From Eledone cirrhosa (taxonomy: Eukaryota), in assembly GCA_964016885.1 (NCBI GenBank), contig OZ024742.1, forward strand, positions 198,524,001 through 198,588,000: a DNA stretch of 64,000 nucleotides, in the 5' to 3' direction. The position numbers were made by a program, and so were the translations under genes. Under the pieces are notes generated by a model. That model worked only from the letters and a program-made list of their open reading frames with translations. It did no database searches and was not told the origin of the DNA. How positions within the stretch are numbered: position 1 is the first letter of the stretch; every line of letters starts with the position of its first letter. Shown one piece after another: positions 1 to 10,140 of this stretch.

Positions 1-147
1 TATATATATATATGTATACATACATATATGTATACATACATATATGTATACATACATATATGTATACATACATATATGTATATATATATATGTATACATA
101 CATATATGTATACATACATATATGTATATATATATATGTATACATAC

Positions 148-188
<41 letters not shown>

Positions 189-260
189 TACATATATCTA
201 TGTATACATACACATACATATATCTATATATACACACACACATATATATGCATGTGTATG

Positions 261-293
<33 letters not shown>

Positions 294-369
294 ATATATA
301 TATATCCTCATCATCATCATCGTTTTAATTTTCACTTTCCCTGTTAATGTTAAAACTATGATGATGATG

Positions 370-400
<31 letters not shown>
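1..400. repeat. Compound (TA)n/(TACA)n/(CA)n microsatellite downstream of the channel stop codon
   Basis: Simple repeats directly visible. Confidence 0.95.
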
Positions 401-406
<6 letters not shown>

Positions 407-641
407 CAAATTTGTACAAATGTTGATTCCAGAGATAGACTGTGGTAATGTTTATGGTGCCAAACATACTTACAGGCATACGCACACAAACATACATACA
501 CACACACACACACACAGACCTGAATATTTGAAAAACCTGGCCAACACACACACACACACATCATGATCATGCTCATAATTATCACTGTCATCATCATCAT
601 CATCATCATCATCCTCATCATGATAATCATATGGCATCAGT

Positions 642-827
642 TCAGACTGTTTCCTCAGCTATCTCCCTCTTTACTAATGTGAATGTCTCTCGGTGACCAT
701 TCTCTCGTACAACTTCCAGCTGTGCTGGATCATCGTTATCTTCCTCGCTGCTGTCGAAGTCATGTTTGCCGGAGGATGACTTATGCTTAGCTTGTGCATC
801 TATCTGGCCCTGGATAGAGTTTCGTAG
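642..827 (-). CDS. CLCN2: ClC-2-like chloride channel, terminal coding exon (LRNSIQGQ...EIAEETV*)
   Basis: Acceptor ttgtgtttcAG at 828-829, phase 0, TGA at 642-644. LRNSIQG aligns with the LRKAIEG end of CBS2 in ClC-1/2 and continues the frame of exon 3231-3317. Confidence 0.85.
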   Translation of the reverse strand, partial: LRNSIQGQIDAQAKHKSSSGKHDFDSSEEDNDDPAQLEVVRENGHRETFTLVKREIAEETV

Positions 828-1856
828 CTGAAACACAATGATAAAGTTTGGCTAGATTATTAGTATTATTATTGTTGTTATTGTTATTATTATTTTAAAT
901 ATATGAAATCATTATGTGTTAAGCAATGATGTATGGATGATGTAGGGACCTCCTTCTGTCATTAAAGCACCTAAAAGACCACCTTGAAGATGGAACTTCA
1001 TAGGAGGCTGACTAAATCTATGCAATGGTGAGCTGTGATAACAACACACACATATATATATATATATATATTGAAGAAAAGACATATATAAACACTGTGT
1101 AAGGAGTAAATTTTGTTTTTAAATGTATTGCCTTCTCCTCCATATATTTTTGCTTATATATATAGAGAGGGAGAGAGAGAAAGCGACTATTATCCAATTG
1201 GGTAACTAGGTACTTGATACTTTAACCATTAGTCATTATTCATTAACCTTTAGTCATTATCCATTAATCATCAGTCATTATTCATTAGACAAAGCCCAGC
1301 CAAAATGCGGTCCTGCGGCGAGCAAGGTATGGCATGGCCAACAAGCCAGACATTCCTCATAATGGGATCAACCAGCTCCCAAAATACGGTTCTGCTATGA
1401 GCAAGTTACGACATGGTCAACTGGCCAGACTTGTCACATAACAAGAACAACCCACCTAACCCATGCAAGGGTGGAAAAAATAGATGTTAAATGGTGATGA
1501 TGTTGATATACACACATACATAATGAACATCATCGGTCAATGTCTATTTTTCCATGTTTGCATAGGTTAGCTGGGTTGTCACATTATGAGGCAATTCAGG
1601 TCAGGTGACTATGCCTTGCTCACACAGATCTGTATTTGGCTAATTCCAAACACCAATCATGTTACAGTGCCAATTGGTTACTTTTTATCATGGCATAAAA
1701 AAGACCATCCAACAGGCTAGACTGGGTGCTTAGTTGTTATAGCACCAGATCACCATACGGGGTGGATTTTGATTTTATATATACATATATATCCATATGT
1801 GGTTGACGGCTGAGAGAAAGGAGCACTCAATACCGAAGTAGAGTTTTAATATTCAA

Positions 1857-1938
1857 TATTATTAAGGCTAAAAAATGACCCTGCGATAAACAGGTGAAAC
1901 TCCAGAGTAACAAAACTTACTTTTTAGCCTTAATTATT
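1857..1938 (+). ncRNA. 5'-truncated hammerhead ribozyme core between short inverted repeats
   Basis: atga-c-CCTG cgataaa CAGG-t-GAAA-CTC ca GAG-TA, flanked by attaaggctaaaaa / tttttagccttaat. The CUG of the core is lost at the inversion junction. Confidence 0.45.
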
Positions 1939-2345
1939 AACCATCTTGCCAACAACAACCCTGAGTACATTTTTGATTTCCATGTGTCTAACACACGTGG
2001 GCATGCCCACAAAGACAGAAAACAGCACAGTTCCCATGACTTTCGGAAACATTTTTTCACGCTCAGAGTTGCTGAAGCATGGAACAAAGTACCTGCATCA
2101 GTTGTTAGCTGTCGAGACACTGCATCCTTTAAAACCTCCATGCTTCCTGAGATTCGCCAACACTACACCTAATATTCCCCCTCCATACACATACACACAT
2201 GTATATCATGACTCATACACTAATCACTTCCCTGACATTTGTATATTATTCTATGTACTATACATGCACCTTTGACGAGTTGTAGTGCACCTGAGCACTT
2301 TACACAATAATTTCATTATTATATTATATTATATTATTATAATAA
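1935..2345 (+). mobile_element. CR1-clade LINE 3' fragment with (ATT)n tail
   Basis: TRGH...RKHFFTLRVAEAWNKVPASVV...FK is the typical CR1 ORF2 C-terminus; near-identical to 48240-48627. Confidence 0.85.
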
Positions 2346-2349
2346 TAAT

Positions 2350-2515
2350 TGTTTCTGCTTTTGGCACAAGGCCAGCAAATACCCAGTACATTACTGGTAC
2401 TTTATTTTATCGACCCCGTAAGGATGAAAGGCAAAGTTAACCTCGGCGCGATTTTAACTCAGAATGGTAAGGGGGGTAATTCTATGCGTCAAAGAATGGC
2501 ATCCGACCCTCTACC
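2350..2515 (-). mobile_element. tRNA-derived SINE, family S1
   Basis: Shared block ctgagttcaaatcccgccgaggttaactttgcctttcatccttacggggtcgataaaataaagtaccagt with B-box-like GTTCAAATC and (TTA)n tail; many copies in the window. Confidence 0.75.
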
Positions 2516-2830
2516 ACAATGAATATATATATATACTCACACACTCATATATACACACACACACACACACATACACACTATATATATAATACACATGCAT
2601 ATCCTGGTTTTTAGAATAAGTACACCATATCCCAGCATGCTTTAATGACTGGGCCCCACTTGTCATTAAAACATGTACACACACTCATACATACATATAT
2701 ATATATCATCAGCATCACTATTTTTATGTCAACATGGGTTGAATGGGACTATTTCAGATTTTCAAATAATTGTGAAAATAATTAGAAATTTGGAGGGATC
2801 TAGTAAAATAACTAAATTTTTCATTATTAA

Positions 2831-3192
2831 CCCTTTAGTTACAAACCCGGCCAAAACCAGCTCGAAATAAAATCACCTCTTTTAAAGGTTTCCAATTTAA
2901 ATTAAAATCTTCCAACATAATTTTATATAAGAACCTTACATTAAGTTACTATCTTAGTAATGAAATAATTAATAATTTTAGTAAATCCAACAAAATTTTT
3001 CATTACTTAATTAAAATTTCATTAGAAATGTCATCATAAACAGGTTAAGCTGGTGTTTGGAGCATAACAAAACAAAGGTTCTTACATAAAATTATGATGG
3101 AAGACTTTTATATAAGTATAAACACTTTAGAACAAACTGCTTTGTATATTGTAGACCTAGGAACTGGTTCAGGTAGTTTGGAACCAAAAGGG
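2831..3192. mobile_element. piggyBac-type MITE (TTAA target duplication, CCCTTT...AAAGGG termini)
   Basis: TTAA-ccctttagttacaaacc ... gtttggaaccaaaaggg-TTAA. Related pieces at about 15213-15448, 20130-21675 and 25750-26045. Confidence 0.7.
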
Positions 3193-3230
3193 TTAATTAA
3201 TATTATGAAAACCACATCAACAATGCTTAC

Positions 3231-3317
3231 CTCTTTTAAACCAACAACACCAACCAATTTACCAATATTGGTTACAAATGCATGACTGAGGCCTAACAGA
3301 GAAAACAAGGAATGGAC
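3231..3317 (-). CDS. CLCN2: ClC-2-like exon, CBS2 (VHSLFSLLGLSHAFVTNIGKLVGVVGLKE)
   Basis: 87 nt, phase 0-0, tttcAG / GTaagc. Matches ClC-2 [29 protein letters not shown]. Confidence 0.93.
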
Positions 3318-3390
3318 CTGAAATTATATAAAAAAAAAAGACATTAACATTAATTTATAGGGCGAGGTATTTATTATTATTATCATTATT

Positions 3391-3806
3391 TGTTTCTACT
3401 TTAGGCACAAGGCCAGCAATTACCCAGTTCATTACTGGTACTTTATTTTATCGACCCCGTAAGGATGAAAGGCAAAGTCAACCTCGGCGGGATTTGAACT
3501 CAGATCGTAAAGGGACGTAACTATTCTGGAAGTAGCCGTTTCAGTGGCCTAGTGGTAGGTATTAGAGATGGTGGATATCCTGGTCTGGGGTTCAATCCCT
3601 ATGTCTTACATTTTAAGGGCAGTGAATTGGCAGTATTGGTAGATAGAGGGTTGGACACAATGCTTTCCAGCATAGTTACGTCCCTTTACGGTCTGAGTTC
3701 AAATCCCGTCGAGGTTAACTTTGCTTTTCATCCTTACGGGGTCAATAAAATAAAGTACCAGTAATGTACTGGGTAGTTGCTGGCCTTGTGCCAAAAGTAG
3801 AAACAA
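3391..3806. mobile_element. Inverted pair of S1 SINEs (3391-3540 on -, 3620-3806 on +)
   Basis: About 135 bp of reverse-complementary arms visible directly. Confidence 0.85.
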
Positions 3807-4339
3807 TTATTATTGGATTGAAGAGCAGTGTAAATAACACTTCTCAGGGCCCCCAATTACTTTTACCATAGCACTAGAGTGTTTGTATATATCAGTCATG
3901 AGCAAGCTGTGACCTGCGAGCCACATGCAGCCTGTTTAGCTTTCTGAATGGCACACTTAATTTCAAAATTGAACTTTTTAGTGCAGCCATATGATATGTG
4001 ACCCACTGCTCAAAAAAGGTTACCAATGCCTGGTATATATGAACCTGGTGGGATCAAAGGGGTGTTGTGATATATGGTGTTTCTTGAGCATCTTAAAGCC
4101 AATCCCTCTCCAGGTCTGAACACTGCTGACTTCTTCCAGTGAAGGAGAGAAAGTGAGTGATAGATAAGGAGAAAGATTGATAAATTAGGAGAGATATAGA
4201 AGAAGAATCAACCTCTATATTGGACTGATGTATTTTTTTTTATCATCCTGGCCAGGTGTTGGTGTTAAACAACTTGATATAATTTGTAGGGCAGGAAGGA
4301 CTTTTCAGTATTGTTGAGTACATGGCAACTTCTTTAGTG

Positions 4340-4680
4340 TTGGTGCCATGTAAAATGTACCTAGTACACTCTGTAAAGTGTTTGCACTGGTGCCACAATG
4401 AAATGTGCCTAATACACTCTGTGAAGTGGTTGCACTGGTGCGACAATAAAATGCATCTGGTATACTCTACAAACTGATAGTACTGGTGCCACAATAAAAT
4501 GCATTCAATACACTTTGTAAAATGGCAGTGCTGGTGTAATGGTGAAATGCACCCAGTTCACTCTGTAAAGTGGTAGAGCTGGTGCTATGATAAAATGCAA
4601 CCAGCCCAGTACATTCTGTAAAGTGATAGTGCTGGTGCCACGATAAAATGCACCCAGTACACTCTGTAATGTGGTGGCGT
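4340..4680. repeat. Degenerate ~59-bp tandem repeat derived from a SINE/RTE 3' region
   Basis: Recurring cacccagtacactctgtaaagtgg...ctggtgccac.ataaaatg. Confidence 0.7.
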
Positions 4681-4729
4681 TGATTGAAACCAGTAAAAGA
4701 ATGAAAGAATTATGGTAGTCAATACTAAC

Positions 4730-4834
4730 CTTGTGTAAAGATGTTTTCTCCACTAACTGGAAAGGAGCAGGATCGATCTGACAACCTTCCCAGTTGATTT
4801 GCTCATTCAGTAGACTACGTTCTTTGTCTTTATC
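4730..4834 (-). CDS. CLCN2: ClC-2-like exon (DKDKERSLLNEQINWEGCQIDPAPFQLVEKTSLHK)
   Basis: 105 nt, phase 0-0, ctctctcAG / GTtagt. Carries the hallmark ClC-1/2 motif IDPAPFQLVExTSLHK. Confidence 0.95.
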
Positions 4835-4977
4835 CTGAGAGAGGGAGAAATAGAGAGAGAGAGGGAGGGAGAGAGAGAGAGAAATATATAAGTAAAAAAT
4901 CTAATTAAAGAAAAAAAAATCAATTTTTATTCATTAATTTATAAAATTAATGTTAGAACAAAACAATGACATGTTAG

Positions 4978-5370
4978 CAACAGATGTGTTAGTAAACGGA
5001 GGAACAGATGTGTTAGTGAACAGAGGAACAGATGTGTTAATGAACAGGTGTGTTAGTGAAAAAAGGAACAGGTGTGTTAGTAAACAGAGGAACAGATGTG
5101 TTAGTAAACGAGGAACAGATGTGTTAGTAAACAGAGGAACAGATGTGTTAGTAAACAGAGAAACAGATGTGTTAGTAAACAGTGGAACAGATGTGTTAGT
5201 AAACAGTGGAACAGATGTGTTAGTAAACAGTGGAACAGATGTGTTAGTAAACAGTGGAACAGATGTCTAAGTGAACAGAGGAACAGATGTGTAAATAAAC
5301 AAAGGAACCATCGTGTAAGTGAACAGAGGAACAGATGTGTAAGTGAACAGAGGAACAGATGTGTTATTAA
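4978..5370. repeat. 21-bp minisatellite (aacagatgtgttagtaaacag/agg)
   Basis: Directly visible; gives the spurious TDVLVNSG ORF. Confidence 0.9.
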
Positions 5371-5599
5371 GAGATAAACATATGTGTTAAGGAATAAACA
5401 CATGTGGAGATAAAGAGGTGTGTTGATGGAGAGATGAACAGAATAAATCAGAATGCAGAAATCTTCAGATTTAATCAACAGATGTGTTTATAGACAGATG
5501 TCTTAACGGAAGTAGAAAAAGATAGATGTCTTAACAGATGTGTTAATGGACAGATGTCTGAACAGATGTGGAAATAGATAGCTGATCAAATGAACAGAT

Positions 5600-5965
5600 G
5601 TACATCTCAGCTACATGTGAGAAATATATAAGACATATATAAGACAAAACTCAGCTACATGTGAGTCACCTCTCAGCCACATGTGAAACATCTTAGCCAT
5701 ATCTCAGCTACATTTAAGACATCACAATCATATGGGAGATATATCCTAGCCACATGTGAGATATATCCTAGCAACATGTGACATACATCTTGGCCACATT
5801 AGACAAACATATCAGCCATATGTGAGATATATCTCAGCCACATGTAACACACACCTCAGCCACAGGTGGCATACATCTCGACCACATGTGACACGCCACC
5901 CACCCACATGTGACATACATCTCAGCCACGTGTAAGACACACCCCAGCCACATGTGAGACACACA
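5600..5965. repeat. Degenerate ~21-bp minisatellite (atctcagccacatgtgacac)
   Basis: Directly visible. Confidence 0.8.
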
Positions 5966-5989
5966 TAAGATACATCTCGGATGGCTTAC

Positions 5990-6034
5990 CTTTATATCTT
6001 CCTGGTGTACATGTTTCCGGTTCTGTTTAAAAGG
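5990..6034 (-). CDS. CLCN2: ClC-2-like 45-nt micro-exon (PFKQNRKHVHQEDIK)
   Basis: cttcacAG acceptor after a long (CTT)n tract, AAG/GTaagc donor, phase 0-0 compatible with both neighbours. Confidence 0.75.
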
Positions 6035-6320
6035 CTGTGAAGAGGAAGGAGAGGAGGAGGAGAAGAAGAAGAGAAGGAGAAGAAGAAGAAGAAGAAGAAG
6101 AAGAAGAAGAAGAAGAAGAAGAAGAAGAAGAAGAAGAAGAAAGAGAAGCAAAAGAAAGAAAGAAGAAAAAGAAGACAGATAAAAGAAAATAGCAATGAAG
6201 AGGAAAGGGAGAAGGAAAAAAATAGGGATTAGTAACATGTTATAATTAATTAGTTAATTGATAATTACTAAAGCTACAAATATTTTTTTACTCATAGCAT
6301 GCACACACACACTATATATA

Positions 6321-7212
6321 CAGGGTGCGGACGATATTTGTTCGCAAGATTACTGTCTAGGAAAAAATAACACAGTAGTTTTATTTTTTAAGATATATTT
6401 ATCAAACTTGGGTCAGTTTGTCTTCATGACTTGTTCTTTCGATCTCACTCGATAAACCTGCCATTGGCCTTGATGACGGCCCCAAGGCGGCCTCGGAACC
6501 GGCTACAGGCCTTCATCACTGTCCCCCGACTTAGGCCCCTAAAGGCACTTGTGATCCTGGCCTTCAGATCGTCTTTCATATTGCAGCTAGATCTGTTGGT
6601 GTCTCGTTCCACTGCGTCCCACACAAAGAAGTCGAGGGGGTTGCAGTCAGGCTAGCTAGGAGACCAGATGTCAGGTGAAGTGTGGTCGACAAAGTTCTCT
6701 GACAGCCAGGCTTGGGTCTTTCGGCTGGTATGGCAGGGCGCTGAGTCTTGCTGCCACACGTACGGCCTACCTGCAGCTACCTGGTCGATCCAGGGCTTTA
6801 CTACCTCGCTCAAAACGCGGATGTAGCCATCGGTGTTCAGCTTGAGGCCCTCAGGGAAGAAGTGAGGTGGCATGACGTCACCTTGATTGCTGACGACACC
6901 TAAGACCAATGTTGTCGCTGGAAACTTTGTCCACATGACTCTGGGCACGTCTTTGGATAAGACAGCTAGCCACCTGTTGTTCTGGGAGTTTCTGAAATTT
7001 CCTTATTTGTCCTCCCGGTGCAGATTCCAAGAAGAACTCCGTGTCTCTTCCACAAATTTGGAGGTTCAAAATTATTCATAATCAATTATTCTGAAAATAA
7101 ATAATGGAAATATAGTCACTGTTTTTATGAAGACAAGAGTGACAACGGAAGTAAAAAAAATTTGCATAAAATTAGCAGTTGAAAATTGCGAACAAATATC
7201 GTCCACACCCTG
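6321..7212 (-). mobile_element. Tc1/mariner-superfamily maT (DD37D) transposon, internally deleted and inactive
   Basis: TA-flanked TIRs cagggtgcggacgatatttgttcgcaa / ttgcgaacaaatatcgtccacaccctg. Transposase C-terminus WQQDSAPCH...WSPS*PDCNPLDFFVW has 37 residues between the catalytic Asps and an in-frame stop. Confidence 0.9.
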
Positions 7213-7219
7213 TATATCT

Positions 7220-7250
<31 letters not shown>

Positions 7251-7482
7251 CACAATATATACATAGACACACAAACATATATATATATCATCATCATCGT
7301 TTAATGTCTATTTTCCATGCTAGCATAGATTAGATGGGTTTGTCCCATTAGAGGCAAGTTGGGTCGAGTGACCGTGTCTTGCTCACATAGAACTGTTTCT
7401 GGCTTGGTTTCTATAGCTGGATGCTCTTCCTATCGCCAACCACATTTACAGTGTGTGCTGGCTGCTTTTTGTTGTGACACTT

Positions 7483-7514
<32 letters not shown>

Positions 7515-7685
7515 TATAAGTATGCACATGTTACACACACATATATATATATACATATACATATGTACGTATGGGTTATATTGAACATTAATAATAATGT
7601 TCGATTCGTTTGTAAACAAACGGCCCGATTTGAAGCTGTACCGTGCCGGTGACAGATTGTCAGCTGTTTGTTCAACACTGGCTTT

Positions 7686-7740
7686 GAGGAACAATCAACA
7701 TGTTTCTGGGTCATTACCCTTCATCAGGACTGTATACCTC
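7686..7740 (-). ncRNA. Minimal type-I hammerhead ribozyme
   Basis: - strand: gaggtatACAGTC-CTGATGA-aGGGT aatg ACCCa-GAAA-catg-TT-GATTGTtcctc. Palindromic stem III ACAUGU, GUU cleavage triplet. Confidence 0.7.
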
Positions 7741-8110
7741 TGCCAGTCTGTTGAACAGTTGAAAATATATAGTATTTTCTTAAGTACACATCAGCTGAGC
7801 AGCCTTATTTGCATACCAAGCGAGTTATGGCTGGCCTTGGCGAATATTGAAAATAAAATTAGAATTCTAATTTTATTTTTATATATATTTATTGAGTGTT
7901 AGCAACATATCAGGTTGGTACTCAAAGCAGAGGTACAGACCCCATGGTGGGCCAGGAACCTGCATTTCACATTTTTTCATGACACCAGCAGTAGAATCCA
8001 CCAAACCCTTTGTTTGGCAGGTTTTCTATGACTAGAGATCCTTCCTATCACCAACCCCTTTACAATGTACTGGGTGTTTTTTTAACATGTAAATCATCAA
8101 CAATTTATAT

Positions 8111-8166
<56 letters not shown>

Positions 8167-8167
8167 T

Positions 8168-8371
8168 GAGGGGGTGCTTAAAAGTTCCTGGCTTTAAGGT
8201 TATCACAGAGGCCTGGTTGGAGGTCCAACCTTCCGAGTTCTTTTTACAGGGCTTAGAAAAACTGAAGGGCCACTGCAATAAGTGTGAATCTGAGTGGAGA
8301 ATATGTTGAATAATATCATAATTAACTGATCCGCCTGTATTTTCTTTTACCAAAGCCAGTAGCCCCTTGTA
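8168..8371. mobile_element. Mariner-like MITE remnant
   Basis: gagggggtgcttaaaagttcctggcttt ... aaagccagtagccccttgta degenerate terminal inverted repeats. Confidence 0.5.
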
Positions 8372-8700
8372 TACAGTTAATAATAGCAAAGGCTATATGA
8401 AGTTCTTCATAAATTTATTCCAACGAGCTTATTATACATATTTCTCTGGGGTTGATGATTAGGTGATATAATTACCACGTAACCATCAGTCCGAATTCAT
8501 CAGAGAGCATTTTTAAAGATAAAGTCAAGGAACGTCTATAGTTTATTGATAGGAGGGTTGACACAGATCATATTCACATCTAGCTGGCTGGCTCTTGTAC
8601 ACATCACCTAATCCTCGACCCCAGAGAAATATGTATAATAGCTCATTGGAATAAATATATGAAGATCTTTACATGGCCTTCGCTATTTACTGTATATATA
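8370..8700. repeat. Fold-back element with ~95-bp imperfect inverted arms
   Basis: tattatacatatttctctggggttgatgattaggtga vs tcacctaatcctcgaccccagagaaatatgtataata. Confidence 0.75.
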
Positions 8701-9335
8701 TTCCACCTTGGACTACCAAAACAAATTTGGAATGGTACCTGTCGTTGAGTGCTTTAATCCATATGCATCACTGTTGAGTGATAAGAGTGTGACTACACAA
8801 CTCTAGTTGGTTAACACCTTATATATATATATATAAGGTGTTACACACGCACATATATATATATATGCCTCCCTCTTCCATACACCTAACACCCCTCCTT
8901 TCATACACGTCCCCCTACTTGCACCCTATCTATCATCCACGTCCCTCACTCTCACCCTTCTCTAGGTAAGTGACCTGCCCCACCCTAGATCTACCTCGCC
9001 AATCCTCATCAATCTCCCCCACCCCAGCTCAGCCCCAAGTTCACACAGTAAAGTGGTCGCATATGTGTGATGACAAAAAGTGCCCAGTCCACACTGTAAA
9101 TGTGGTTGGTGCTAGGAAGGGCAACTAGCCATAGGAACCAAGCTAGAAACGGTCCTGTATGAGCAAGATATGGCCATCTGATCTGGCTTGTCTCACAGCA
9201 GGACAACTCATCCAACCCATGCTCGAAAAATGGATGTTAAACAGTGATGATGATGATGATGATATATGTATCCTCCTCATCATCATCGTTTAACGTCCAT
9301 TTTCCACACTAGCATGGGTATATATATATATATAT

Positions 9336-9822
9336 AAGGATGACAGCTGCATAAAAAGGTGCAGAGCACTAGAAGTCGATGGACCCAAGATGACCTGGGA
9401 TGATGTGATAAAAGCCGACCTTACCCAATTACACCTCTCAAAGGCGTTGACACACGACCGTAACCTCTGGCGTCACGCAGTAATACAGAGTACCCGACCT
9501 CCCATGGGTACAAGCTGAAGCATATAGACAATATGCCCCACACCCCCCACCGCAAGGTGGTCGTGGAGGTGCCACAGCAAAAAAGCACCCAGCCCACACT
9601 GTAAAGTGGACGTGTAGGCGCCACGAAAAAGCACCCAGCACTCACTGTAAATGTGGTTGGTGTTAGGAAGGGCATCCAGCTGTAGAAATCAAGCCAAATC
9701 AGTTCCTGTATGAGCAAGGCATGGTCAGCCGACCAGACACTGCCCACAACAGGACAACCCATCTAACCCATGCTAGCGTGGAAGAACGGATGTAAAACGG
9801 TGATGATGATGATGATGATGAT
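9336..9822 (+). mobile_element. RTE LINE subfamily A, 3' fragment with (GAT)n tail
   Basis: Nearly identical to 63508-64000; inserted in (TA)n. Confidence 0.9.
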
Positions 9823-9927
9823 ATATACACACACACACACACATATATATATCAATATACATCCACATACACATATATATTTATATATACACACACACAT
9901 GCACAATATATATATATATATTTTAAC

Positions 9928-10109
9928 AAGGGTAGGTTGAGAAGTTCATATGAAGTAGTGATGTTAGTGCTGTGAAATCTTGCATGCATTAATTTCAACT
10001 CTCCTTAATAATTGTACTGTTTCTATTCAGGGACTATGTTGAAAAATAAACCCCATTTGGTAATTCTATGAGAATATTTTGGTCAGCTTATGAACTTTTC
10101 AGCCAACCC

Positions 10110-10112
<3 letters not shown>
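9928..10112. mobile_element. Mariner-like MITE
   Basis: aagggtaggttgagaagttcata / tatgaacttttcagccaaccctt terminal inverted repeats. Confidence 0.6.

Positions 10113-10140
<28 letters not shown>

Noticed and set aside
645-656. C-terminal EETV as a class I PDZ ligand
   Set aside because: Position -2 is Glu, not Ser/Thr; only a weak class III match.
4950-5478. Repeat-protein ORFs (TDVLVNSG / LLTHLF)
   Set aside because: By-product of a 21-bp intronic minisatellite.
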